A stretch of 20,000 nt of DNA from Vicugna vicugna (lineage: Eukaryota), in contig MU057651.1 in the NCBI GenBank assembly GCA_013265495.1, forward strand, positions 1,995,129 through 2,015,128, in the 5' to 3' direction. Under the pieces are notes generated by a model. The model ran no database searches. It saw only the letters and a program-made list of their open reading frames with translations, and was not told where the DNA came from. Of this stretch, positions 10,132 to 20,000 are shown piece by piece. Within the stretch, counting starts at the first letter, position 1, and each line of letters opens with the position of its first letter. Position numbers and translations under genes: made by a program.

Positions 10132-10851
10132 CTAAAGCTTTTGCTGATGAGAAGATAATCCTTCATCCTCCTTACAGCATCAGTTATCATCAGCCGTGCA
10201 GTTAACCCCTGGGCCCCCAGCAATCGCCTTCCTGTGGGTTGCTGTATTTTCCCATATGATTGCTCTATGTTCTTCTGTCCTTAATGAAGTACTTTCATTC
10301 GTGGCCAATATTATAGTTGAGACACTGCGTGTTAGAGAGAACTGCGGTTCTCACTTCACGTCTGTTGGTCCTCTTTGAAGGCAGAGGGTCAAAGCTTCGA
10401 TTGACTTTAGTGTTGTCACTTCTGGAAGCTCAGAGGGGGCCGTGATGGGTGGCGGTGGAGTCGTGTGCTTGGCAGAACCAAATATTGTACCAATTTTTTT
10501 TTCTGTTCTCCATTCTAGTGGTAGCTCATGTTTTCGTTTAAGATAATTTGTCTAAAATTTATGATTCTAAAACTGAGTCTATCTAAAGATCTAGTTACCT
10601 AATGAGTAATGTTTTCTGAAATCTAACGCTTCAAAATGTTTGTGTGTCCTTTGCGGAAAATACTTGTTTTATAGTTTGTGGATCTGGCTTTAACATTTTC
10701 TCTACTTTTGAAACTTTTAAGGAATTTTTATTCAGTTGATTGAAGAATCTTTTCATAGTATCACGTGCTTGCTTTATATTTATCTGGAGATGATGTTTTA
10801 AGATACCATTTTGTGTTTCCGATGTGGTATTCTTTTTTCAAAATAGAAATA
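10132..10851 (-). pseudogene. Large degraded exon of the - strand pseudogene (3' limit uncertain)
   Basis: Acceptor CTTCACTGTTTTTATTTTTAG| before 10851. There are 68 open codons at 10837-10634 (KKNTTSETQNGILKHHLQINIKQARDTMKRFFNQLNKNSLKVSKVEKMLKPDPQTIKQVFSAKDTQTF) in very AT-rich DNA. After a shift, ~139 codons from 10551 contain only two stops (TNYLKRKHELPLEWRTEKKIGTIFGSAKHTTPPPPITAPSELPEVTTLKSIEALTLCLQRGPTDVK*EPQFSL...). Confidence 0.55.
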
Positions 10852-11663
10852 CTAAAAATAAAAACAGTGAAGGTTAATAAAATTATAGTCCAGCCATCTC
10901 ACTTATTAATTTTTATTTACAGTGTATTAGAGCCTCACTAAATAAAATCCATGGATAATTGAACTAATAAGTATATGTATATATTGGAAATAGCTACAGA
11001 AGAAAAAAATAGCAAAAAAAAAAGAGACTTGTACAATCACAGATGATGTGTGTCATAAATCCAGTTTAAAATTATTGGATGAGTTATTTTCTGTTTTTTA
11101 AATATCATTAGAAGCCAAATATAAGGAAAATATTATATTATAACCAACAAGAGAGTAATGAAACGATTTCTTGTCATCAAAATGATGGGTTAATATGCAG
11201 GGATTAAATCGTCTCTTTAATGGCTCCTAATATCATGGCCATTGCATCTAGACCTCTTCTCAGCATCTATATGCCATGGTTGACAACACGGAAATGCCTA
11301 CAGCATGAGAACATTGTCAGGACTTGCCCTCAGAGGACACAAGTGTGATCTGGCTGCACGCTGAGCTGTAGCATCATCTGCCAATGTCAAGGGAGTCATA
11401 ATAATGCAGGATAGTGAAATAGAGCCTTGAAAAAATGTCAGGAAAGACAGGTGAACATTTGAATTAGAAGAGCCAATATGACTTAACAGTAAAATTTCAA
11501 AGAACAGTTCAAACAATTGTGAAGCAAAGTAAGGAAGAAGGGGTTTGGCTCCAAGAAAGGGAAGGGTTTCAGGATTTACAGGGAAGCCACAGTGATTCAG
11601 ACCACGTGGAACTGTTGCAGGAATGACCAGATGGACAACGGAACAAAACGGGGAGCCACAGAG

Positions 11664-11698
11664 ACACACATGTGCGCGCACACACACACACGCGCACG
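11664..11698. repeat. Mixed (CA)/(CG)/(TG) alternating purine-pyrimidine microsatellite
   Basis: ACACACATGTGCGCGCACAC...ACACGCGCACG, 35 bp of perfect R/Y alternation. Confidence 0.9.
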
Positions 11699-11759
11699 GC
11701 ATGGCTGGCTTCCCTCCCACCTGACAGCCCTCCCCACGTCTTCTGGAATTTTTGATCTC

Positions 11760-12095
11760 TAGACAGTAGATTCTCCAGTCCTCAGGTAATTGGACGTATT
11801 TTGTTCTTTATCTACATTTTTCTCTCCAGGCAGTGTCCTCACTTCAATTTGCTTTTCTCTGCCAATGCCTTTCTCCCTTGTAAATCCAATCCTGCTCTTC
11901 TCCCTGACCTCTGGACTGCCATGTCCAGCTGCCTCCTCTGGTCCCCACTTGTGTGTCTAATAAAGGTGTAAAACATATCCAAAAAAACTCTTGATCTCCA
12001 CTTCCAAACTCCTTTCTCACTGCCGTATTTGTCCTCCACAAGAAATGGCCACATTACTCCCCCACGTACGCAAGACAAAATCTCCAGAAATCTTT
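11760..12095 (+). mobile_element. L2 (L2a-like) fragment
   Basis: TCTCCCTGACCTCTGGACTGCCATGTCCAGCTGCCT...CCACTTGTGTGTCTAATA...AACATATCCAAAAAAACTCTTGATCT...AAATGGC matches the remembered L2 consensus. Confidence 0.75.
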
Positions 12096-12236
12096 TCTCA
12101 GGGTTCATTTAATGGAATTGTGAGCACTAGTTAAACTGAATGAATTAGATCCATAAGCATCAACGCCTACAGTGTGCATACAAACAACTTGAGTTTTAAA
12201 AACTCGGAAGGATTTTTATAATATGCTACCACGTAC

Positions 12237-12578
12237 ATCATTTTAAAAACACACTTTTCATAACAGATAGTGTTTTAAGAGTCTAAATATGCAGTTTAAA
12301 ATTCTTGACTTTGTGGTTTCTTCCACAGAGAGAAATTTGGGGTTGGGTTTGAATGACGCTTAAATTGATCTACGGTTTTGCTTCTTGAGGCTTATCTAAA
12401 TCAGATGCGGCAAAACGTGACTGCGTATTCAGCTGGCACGTTTGCAATGTCCTTTAGTTTGCCTTTCAGTAATGTGCTGCATGATGTAAACAAAGAATGA
12501 AGCGCCAAGAAAAGGCATCGTCCTGGAGCCCCTTCCTCCGGGTCCTGCGAGGTCGTCCAAGGAAAGAACTCTGCAGAA
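12237..12578 (-). pseudogene. Possible degraded exon of the - strand pseudogene
   Basis: Acceptor AAACCTTTCAG|, donor GAT|GTACGT, 342 nt (114 codons). Phase 0 reads FCRVLSLDDLAGPGGRGSRTMPFLGASFFVYIMQHITERQTKGHCKRAS*. Splice signals are weak. Confidence 0.25.
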
Positions 12579-13228
12579 CTGAAAGGTTTGCCGAGGGCAG
12601 ACAAACCCAGGATGGGACTTCTTGTTTATTTAATGGCCTGCACTGTTATAAATATTTCATTGAACAACACTCAGCGAAGAAGTGTTCTGAATGCATAATA
12701 AAAATCAGACAAGAAATACTACGCAGGGAAATACTGCAGTGATAAGGAGCGTCGCTGGTATACCAGTAATATATCAAAGCTGCGATGGTGGAGGGAGAAG
12801 GTCGTCTGCTCTTGGCTCTTCATCCTCAAGTCTGCCTACAGGTAAGTCATTTTACAGCTTTAACCCTCAGAGTTTGCAACTTGTGGACACTTTTTATTAT
12901 TTATAAGCAGGAGAGCTGGATGACAGCAGATGGTCAAAGATGCTGAGATTCTTGCATTTGGGGCAAACTTTTTAAAAAAGGCAATCCCCTCCACGCTATT
13001 TCATTCACTAGATGACATTAGGGTGGTGTTGATTTCCAGCAGCCTGGGACTCTGGCAGGCGAGAACGGACGGGTTGCCGCATCTGCGTATTAACCGCGCC
13101 TTGTTATGAGAACCATTGGGGAGGAAGCCGTCTACCCAGCGTTGCTTCCAAGACATTTGCATTCATTCTTGCAGCACTGCCCTTGTAACATGTCAAAAGT
13201 CAGAAATATATCTGGCTGAGGTAACACT

Positions 13229-13324
13229 GTTTTTCTGGGGTGGGTGGGTGGGTGGGTAATTAGGTTTATTTAATTTCTTTTTTAAATGAAGGTGGTGGGG
13301 GTTGAACCCAGGACCTCCCGCATA
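13229..13324 (-). mobile_element. 5'-truncated camelid vic-1-type SINE
   Basis: GGTAATTAGGTTTATTTAATTTC...GGGGTTGAACCCAGGACCTC is the antisense B-box region plus the tail typical of camelid tRNA-derived SINEs. Confidence 0.85.
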
Positions 13325-13589
13325 GACCATAACTGCAAAGGCTGCTTGTCAGGGATCCACTGTACACATCCTGATTAGTCTGTTAATCTAAGCAATTACC
13401 ATTAGGCGACGTGAAAGTAGCCTCCATAGAGCGAAGGTACAGTCTCATTCTCTGCACGTGGCTGCAGGCTGGTGGCTCCAGTGGGGGACCGTGAGGTCTG
13501 GTTTCTTCCAGCCTGAGCTGCCGTCATCTTGGGAACGAGGCTGCCCAAGGATGGAGAAGACGAAGGATCATGGGGAGTGAGTGGGGCGG

Positions 13590-13970
13590 CAGCCCTGTTC
13601 TACGTGGGGTTTCACGTGGTCTCCGTCCACCTCTGGCTTCCAGCTGGGTTCAGCCAACGGGACGTACTGGTAAGGTATCAGAGGGTGGCTGGAGAGGGAG
13701 GTCGGGGTGCACCGTCATTCATCCCCACCCAGCCGCCTCCAAGCAGAGGGGTGCTTCGTAAGTGGTAGCTCCAGTCCCATTGCTGCAGTTTACACCCGGG
13801 TTCAATGTTTCTGTTCCCTTCCCTCCTCGGGGCTCCCTCTTCAACTATCCCTTGGATGCTTCCCCATCACCTGCTGGTGTCTCACCCTCTCCTGCATCTC
13901 TGTAGGTGCCACCTTCATTAGATTGTCTTCAATTAAAGTTTGAGAATCATCAACACCCTGCTGGATGCAG
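13590..13970 (+). mobile_element. LTR33-like solo LTR (ERVL)
   Basis: CCTCTGGCTTCCAGCTGGGTTCAGCCAACGGG...GGAGAGGGAGGTCGGGGT...CCTTCATTAGATTGTCTTCAATTA matches remembered LTR33 motifs. Confidence 0.65.
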
Positions 13971-14095
13971 TGGGCTACCCCACCTCCACCAACATCTCAT
14001 CATCCGGATTCCAGATGGTCCAGCAAAGCAAAGAAGCTACACTTGCCATCCCTCCGTGCCCTCAGGAAGAGAAAACTGAACTGTGACCCTCTCAC

Positions 14096-14599
14096 CTGGC
14101 TTTGCAGCAACAACCTGCTTTTGAAGAGTGTCCTCCAGGGGACCCCGGGGTCATAGTAGAGTCACATAACTTAACTCTTTAATCAAGGTGCTAGCAGCAA
14201 AACGCCTTTGAGGAAACGCTGAGCCAAAAGAAGCTCAAGGGGTTTCTAATGTTTTAATCAAAGACTAAGAGAAATGAATTTGCTGATGCGCAAAAGTCGG
14301 TCTCTGACGTTGCAGCGTGGTGTGCAAAACTTGCACTTTGGAAACCCATGATTTTCCTGAAGTAGCTGGCGTGACTGAAGCTCTTCCGTGAGAAGTCAGT
14401 TTTGGAAATGCCATTGGAGTTCCTTCTCCATAAGCAGCTGGGGAGGGGGCTCTACCAGAACTTTGTCTGGAGGAAGCTTTTCTGGTTTATCAGATCGAAG
14501 CTCTGTTTCTCTGGTATCTGCTTCGCTTTTTCCAATATGCTCGGCAAATGCTGCCTCTGCTTCAAGAATTAAGTCATCGTTTCTAAGCCGCCAAGACCT
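14096..14599 (-). pseudogene. Degraded 504-nt exon of the - strand pseudogene
   Basis: Acceptor CATCCTAATTTTCTTAG|, donor CAG|GTGAGA, 504 nt = 168 codons, phase 0-0. The first 67 codons are open (RSWRLRNDDLILEAEAAFAEHIGKSEADTRETELRSDKPEKLPPDKVLVEPPPQLLMEKELQWHFQN), then TGA at 14398-14396. There are six stops in total. Confidence 0.6.
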
Positions 14600-14741
14600 C
14601 TAAGAAAATTAGGATGAACACAATATTGTTAAGAGAAGGTCTTCGCCACGTACCCAACATCGTTTAAGACCTTCTTGATTAAAGTCTTTCCAAAGGGTCC
14701 AGAAGGTCAAGAATCAGAATCAGAATCATACAGAGCGTCAA

Positions 14742-14975
14742 AATACCAGCTGCATTTTAAAAATACTTATTCCGATCGTGTGCTTCAGTTTTATTTTACA
14801 CTTAGCGTCTCATTCAACACCTCAAACAACCGCGTAAGGTCGGGAGTAGTGCTGGCTGCATCTCACAGAGTCACTCATCGAGGCTTCCTGATATTGAAGA
14901 AAGCCGTCTAGTGATATGAGTGAGACACGGCAGAGTAGGAATTCAACGCGGGCAAAACTGCCTCCCAGGACGCTA
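14742..14975 (-). mobile_element. MIR SINE
   Basis: TCTCATTCAACACCTCAAACAACCGCGTAAGGT...CATCTCACAGA...GGCAGAGTAGGAATTCAA resembles antisense MIR, but is highly diverged. Confidence 0.55.
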
Positions 14976-15079
14976 CTGTGGGGGACGAATGGGGTGATGC
15001 CGTCAGAAAGACATAAATTTTTTTTCCTCTTTTTAATCACTCACGGGAGACAATAAAAGGATGGGGGAAATGAGCTAAT

Positions 15080-15800
15080 GGAACAGACAAAGCAAACGTC
15101 ACAGCAGCTTCAAATAATATTCTCAGAGAAACATAGATGCAGAAACAGTTATACGGAAGAACCAATGAGAGAGACAGACTTTGACAAGCGGGAATATTGG
15201 AAAAAAGCGCTCAGAGTATGGGTTGGGTAGCAAAAATGATTTAGCTGAAATGAAATTAATGAGCTAGCAGACAGGATCAACTGTGCCACCAAAAATCGTC
15301 ACTAGTGGATAAAGGACAGAGAGACAGCAGCGGAGAGCTGGGGAGGGCAAAAATGGAAGCATCTTGTGCATTTAAAAGCAATTTCAAGGCAGGGGAGGGG
15401 ATAGCTCAAAGTGGCAGAGCATGTGCTTAGCACGTGCAAGGTCCCAGGTTCAACCCCCAGCCCCTCCCTTAAAATAAATAAAGAAATCTAGTCACCAGCC
15501 TTTCAAAAATTTTTTATAAATAAATAAATAAAAACGCAATGATAAAATAAATGGTTTCAAAAAGGCAATTACAGAATGCTCAAACTAGAGAGGAACTCAA
15601 ATCGAAAGGGCATATTAAGTTCCAACAGAAGAGACAAAGAAATCCAGCTCCATGTAATTAAACTTTAAGATGTAAAAAATACGAAATTTCAGACAGTAAT
15701 GATATCGCAAAAAGCGTAAGAAATAAATGCTCAGAACTTAGACAGGACACTGAGTCAGGGGACTCAGTAAGCAGAGAAATTTTCAGAGAGAAAGTGGCAC
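15080..15800 (+). mobile_element. Ancient L1 ORF1/HAL1-like remnant, split by a SINE
   Basis: A-rich sequence with CAAATCGAAAGGGCATATTAAGTTCCA...AAGAAATCCA, which resembles the ORF1 'QIERAHRVP' region. Confidence 0.45.
15392..15560 (+). mobile_element. Full-length camelid vic-1-type tRNA-derived SINE
   Basis: GGGGAGGGGATAGCTCAAAGTGGCAGAGCATGTGCTTAGCA... with A box ~15402-15414, B box GGTTCAACCCC 15447-15457 and an (AAAT)n tail. Degenerate TSD AAAAGCAATTTCA (15374-15386) / AAAGGCAATTACA (15561-15573). Confidence 0.9.
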
Positions 15801-16000
15801 ATGAGCTTTTTTTTTTAAGTTTAATCTTCGAGGTAAATGAATCATTGCTCAATCTTCTGAACTCAAGACGCTATAAAAAACCAGGGATTCCACGAAGAGG
15901 CTGCAGGCACAGCTCAGGGCGAGGGGGCCTTCAAAGTCAAGGTCGGGGGTGGGCGCTTCAGCCAGAAGGTGGTTCTGAGCTGTTTCACAGGGGAGGATAC

Positions 16001-16145
16001 CTTGTAAGATTTATCCTGAGAAGTGCATTCAAACGTATTTTTGAAACAATTTTTCAGACCCACACACTCATTTCACTACGAAAGCGACAAAGACATTGTC
16101 ATCTCGGAAGATACGGTCTAACATAACCTGGGTTATTTTCAGCCT
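16001..16145 (-). pseudogene. Degraded 145-nt exon of the - strand pseudogene
   Basis: Acceptor TTTGCGTCTTGTCTTAATGCAG|, donor AAG|GTATCC. Translation RLKITQVMLDRIFRDDNVFVAFVVK*VCGSEKLFQKYV*... Confidence 0.4.
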
Positions 16146-17087
16146 CTGCATTAAGACAAGACGCAAATGAAATAAAAATCCAAATCAAGTGTTTTTCATC
16201 CAGACATTGTTTGAGTGGGAGGTTTTAAAAAATATGTCTAGTTTTAATGCACCGTTTAATTCATGAGCGTCTTTCCAGTTTAGATCAAATGACAAAACGT
16301 ATTATCTGAGACCCAGATAAATAGTTCCAGGTAACTGTACAACTTAGCTTTGGGAGATTTTTCAGATCGTTAAATGGTTATCTCGAGGCCAACAGATGGC
16401 TAGAGAGTCCAAAAACTAGTTTAGCACGATAAAATTTGCAGAATAAATTCACAATGCTCTACATTGATGTAGCTTGCTTGAATCTATGAAACGCTTTTCC
16501 TTGCCTAATTTCAACAAGAAACTCATGTGCACAGAGAATGTCCCCTGCCATTTTAGGAAAAAAAGGATGCTGTGTTCCTAAAGCCGTCAGCCACTGTATG
16601 TACCCTGACAGTGTGCCCCGAGGAGACCCAGGATGGAGAAAAACAGGGTGCTGGCCCTACGTAGCTAAGATGCGTGTCAAAGAATGATTTTAATAAGCCC
16701 AGATACTTGCATCTTCCCATGCAGAGAAAAACCCTAAAATCATTAACTTGAGATGTCTGGGGTATTTTTGCAATTAGCAGTGATCTTTTGATGTTTAGCT
16801 ACGTTCCCCGTCCCCCAGCAAACACTCCTCTGTGTCCTGTCACCTCCCTCGCTTCTTCGGAGCTGGTCCTCGGAGCGGTCAGAGAGGCTGTCCCAGGCTG
16901 GTCTCAGTAACTCCCCCAAATGCAGCCTCAACTTTTTATTTTTCCAGTCCACACTCCTGTCAAATTTTAAAATCTGGGACCCTGTATTTATTTGCATTTT
17001 ACGTATTAGGGAAAGCGACTGGAGAGGCAATGACTATATTTAAGGTGAGACAGGCGTTCAGTTGAGGAAGGACCCAAGCTCACTCAC

Positions 17088-17218
17088 CCATCAGTTTCAC
17101 GACAGACCACCGCTACTTTCTAAATCTTACACAAAACATTGAAAGCGACACCTTCATCCTCCCGTTAAACGTGGGCAAATCGAAGCTCAGACAGTTACAG
17201 TGATTTCCCTTGGGACCC
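17088..17218 (-). pseudogene. Degraded 131-nt exon of the - strand pseudogene
   Basis: Strong acceptor AATTCTGTCCCTTCACAG| and strong donor TGG|GTGAGT. Stops occur in all three frames. Confidence 0.5.
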
Positions 17219-18798
17219 CTGTGAAGGGACAGAATTGGGATCCATTTCTGTTTTATCAGAATTTAGAGGCAATTTCCTTTCCGGTACATAACCCCACTTT
17301 TTTATTTTCAAATCAGGCTGACATTAAACATCCGTGTCTTGCTTTGAATGGGCTGTTCGGAATATCTTACTATTCAGCAAGGTTTTATTTTGATGTCTAG
17401 TTGGGAGGCCGTCAAGATTGAGGTTGGAAAAAAAAAAAGGGGGAACAAATGTTGAGAATCAGGGCAGCCAGCCCCTAGTTTAGAAGCATGCGTTGCGCCT
17501 TGTCCCACCCGGCAGGGCCAGCTGAGCTCAGGGAGGGAGTGGTTTGAACGTGTCTGTATGTCCTTCACTCAGCTGCTTATAAGATAGTGATTTATCTGGA
17601 GGGAACTTACAAAGCACCCAGTGCGGGGGCACTGCTGTCTCTCGCTTCCCCAGCATCACCCCAAGCCCCACTGACTCTCCTGCCACCGGGTCGTAATGGC
17701 TTAGAAACCCAAGCAAGTTAGAAAGGGTCCCGTCGCCCCAGTTTCCTCCCGGACAATCCATGGAGACAGCAAAGAACTGGAAGTTTCTTTCTGGTTGAAT
17801 TCTTGGTGACTTTTAAATTTTTTTTAAGTACTAATCATGCTTCAAGGCTGAACTCAAAAGTCTCCCTCGTTTTGATGTCCTCTGAGATTCCCCCGGGGCA
17901 GAAGTAATTGATCCCTCTGTGTTTTTATAGTTCTTTGTTTATCTTTATAACAAAAGCTTCAAAGGGAATCCCAAGCCTTTGAGTCAAAGCAGCTGACGGG
18001 GAAGAGCAGATGGATGGATGTGAGAGGATCCTGAGGAAGGAAAACGTGTCTGAAAGGGAGCAGTTGTCAGGGGGCTGGGAGTGGGGAGGCGAGGACCTGT
18101 GAGGTCCAAGTTCTTTGTCTTTTTCACATGGAGCAATTGCAGTAAAAGGGGAATAATGATAAGAGAAGACAGGATGGAATATGATTCGCTTTGTACCAGG
18201 TAAGCAGGTGGTGTCCCCAGGATGGCTCCCTGCTGGTGGACAATGCAGGGGGTTGAACCAAAGGGGATGCAGGGGATGAAGACAGCTGGTGTAGCTCCGG
18301 AGAGATGGGAGTGAAGGCGTGGACCCGATACCGCCAGAGACAATGGACACAGAGGGCTGTGAGCTCAGCACGGTAGGGAGGCTCCAGTCGAGGTCAGAGG
18401 TAAAAACACTCGTGCACCGGGGAGCACCACTGGGTTATACAGGAACCTGAGATGCAAAGACCAGGAACCATGTGTTTTGTGCCCCAGGGGTAGCCACCCA
18501 CATCTCCATCCAAAGATACAGAACTGGAGGGCGCTGGCCTTCCAGGGCACTGGATCTAAGCTATGGAAAGGTGGCTGGGATCCAGCCTTGAAAAGGGAGT
18601 CGACAGCCTTTAAAACATGTGTAAATACTGAGTATGGTCTTTAGAGAAAAAATTCGAATATCAAGAGGCTTTAGCTGTGTGATCTGAAAATAATGTCACG
18701 TGACTCCTCAGAGTCTTTTCTCCCTTTTCTCCCAGAGAGAAGTCAGAAGACCTACCAGAGAGCATTTCCTACTCAAGACATGAGACATATCGAAAACA

Positions 18799-18885
18799 AA
18801 AACCACAAGTTTGTATTCTATGTCTGTGAGTCTATTTCTGTTCTGTATTTATGCTTTGTTTGCTTGTTTATTTTGTTTGTCTACT
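18799..18885 (-). mobile_element. Short internal fragment of a young L1 3' UTR
   Basis: AACCACAAGTTTGTATTCTATGTCTGTGAGTCTATTTCTGTTCTGTATTTATGCTTTG is antisense artiodactyl/camelid L1 3' UTR sequence. It has no poly(A) tail and is flanked by GAAAACA repeats. Confidence 0.75.
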
Positions 18886-18899
18886 GAAAACACCCCAGT

Positions 18900-18974
18900 G
18901 AGAAGAAGAAGAGAATCAAGAAGGGGAAGGCCAGGAAGGAAAAAAGGAAGGAAGGAAGGAAGGGAAAAAGGAAG
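18900..18974. repeat. Purine-rich (GAA/GGAA)n low-complexity tract
   Basis: AGAAGAAGAAGAG...GGAAGGAAGGAAGGAAGGG. Confidence 0.8.
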
Positions 18975-19313
18975 ACATTTCACACACATTGGCAAGTCAA
19001 TGATTCTCAGATGAAAAGGGACCAGAGTGTTGAAAACTGAACATCTGGATTCTCAAGTAATTTTATTAAAATCCTTTATAAGCTGATGGCCAAGTAGAGG
19101 CTGAATCTCAAAATAAGAAAAGGATTTGAAATAGAAACACACGGTCAAAGATTTAGGTCCAAAGGTCATAGGAGTCGAGAAACGAAGGGCTACCTCACTG
19201 GCACAAAGTTTTGGGAGTCTCTGTGGTCCAAAAGCCAAAATTAGGGATTGTGCTGTAATGCTGGACAGATGTGTGTGTCTACATGTAACTCATACACAGT
19301 AAAATGTCCCCAC

Positions 19314-19408
19314 GTCTGTGCTGCTCGCATCAAACATCTCTTTAATCAGAGACAAAGGTTAGACCTTCTGTATCATTTGTTCCATCTCCCACACTTAATA
19401 ATCTGCAT
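19314..19408 (-). pseudogene. Possible degraded exon of the - strand pseudogene
   Basis: Acceptor CCCTTTTCAAG| or ...ATGCAG|, weak donor GAC|GTGGGG. Translation ADY*VWEMEQMIQKV*PLSLIKEMFDASSTD is protein-like if both TAA codons were CAA. Confidence 0.25.
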
Positions 19409-19740
19409 CTTGAAAAGGGTACATTTTACAGAAATATATATCCCGCTGGTGCAAACTAAAACATGTGCGTTTGTTAATATAGATTATGTTAGCGTACCGT
19501 AAAGCCATAGCCCTTTCCTTAAAGTGGAAACGGCTGATAAAATCAGAAAATTAACTCGCATGCTATGCAAAGAGATGAGGAGCAAATTAGAGTCCAGAGA
19601 AAGCAAATCTGTGTTAAAACTGCTTTTAGCACGATCTTACGGTCGGAGACAGGCAATCTGAACGAACAGAGATCCAACGTTCGAATTGTTCGTTCACGTC
19701 AATGCTGGGTCTCACACATTTGTCTTTGCTTGCTGTCCTC

Positions 19741-19959
19741 ATCGGCATTAACTTGCCGGGGCTGCCAGAGAGCGAGCTCACTCCATACGAGGGGACAACC
19801 ACCATCGGAAAAGTAAGGAGGGGGTCCCCACTGGGCACAAGGTCTGCCAGCACCTTAATCTTGGACAACTGAGCTTCTGCAAGTGTGAGAAATAAACGTT
19901 TGTTGTTTAAGCCACAAGCCAGTGGTAACTTGTGGCAGCAGCTTGAACTGACTAAGGTA
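19741..19959 (+). mobile_element. MLT1A-like LTR 3' half (ERVL-MaLR)
   Basis: TCTGCCAGCACCTTAATCTTGGAC...GTGAGAAATAAACGTTTGTTGTTTAAGCCAC...GCAGC...GAACTGACTAAG is the MLT1A-type 3' end. Confidence 0.85.
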
Positions 19960-20000
19960 TTATCCATCTGGAAACATTAAAGGATCCAGGAGAACAATGA

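Noticed and set aside
11320..11520. Possible L3/CR1 remnant (also weak L1ME-like 13140-13460 and L2-like 18000-18190)
   Set aside because: Similarity is too weak to support by eye.
4940..13970. Two same-orientation LTR33-like elements ~8.6 kb apart as a possible provirus
   Set aside because: No gag/pol-like sequence is seen between them, the copies look very diverged from each other, and the interval holds MIR/L2 and host exon relics. Independent solo LTRs are more likely.
15392..15465. tRNA gene
   Set aside because: A/B boxes are present, but the A-rich tail and degenerate TSD identify it as a tRNA-derived SINE.
3748..19408. Assigning the relic to a named family (a vague WDR87/WDR97-like impression)
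   Set aside because: No convincing motif match from memory. Naming it without a search would be unsupported.
1..20000. CRISPR arrays, operons or other prokaryotic/viral systems
   Set aside because: The sequence is mammalian, with no repeat-spacer structure and no long intact ORFs.

Overview
Mammalian genomic DNA, almost certainly camelid (Camelus/Vicugna/Lama): it carries two vic-1-type tRNA-derived SINEs and young artiodactyl/camelid-type L1 3' fragments. No prokaryotic-type system is present. The first ~1.3 kb looks like the last coding codons plus AT-rich 3' UTR and poly(A) signals of an unidentified + strand gene. Facing it on the - strand is the most interesting feature: about 7-9 exon-like blocks (~19.4 kb down to ~3.7 kb) with canonical splice signals, several of them a multiple of 3 long and joined in phase 0. 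Their protein-like translations are broken by stops and frameshifts, so this is probably an unprocessed (possibly unitary) pseudogene that I could not name. The rest is ancient and recent interspersed repeats (L1, L2, MIR, MLT1, LTR33-like, MER20) and microsatellites. Repeat family names come from remembered consensus sequences, not a database search.
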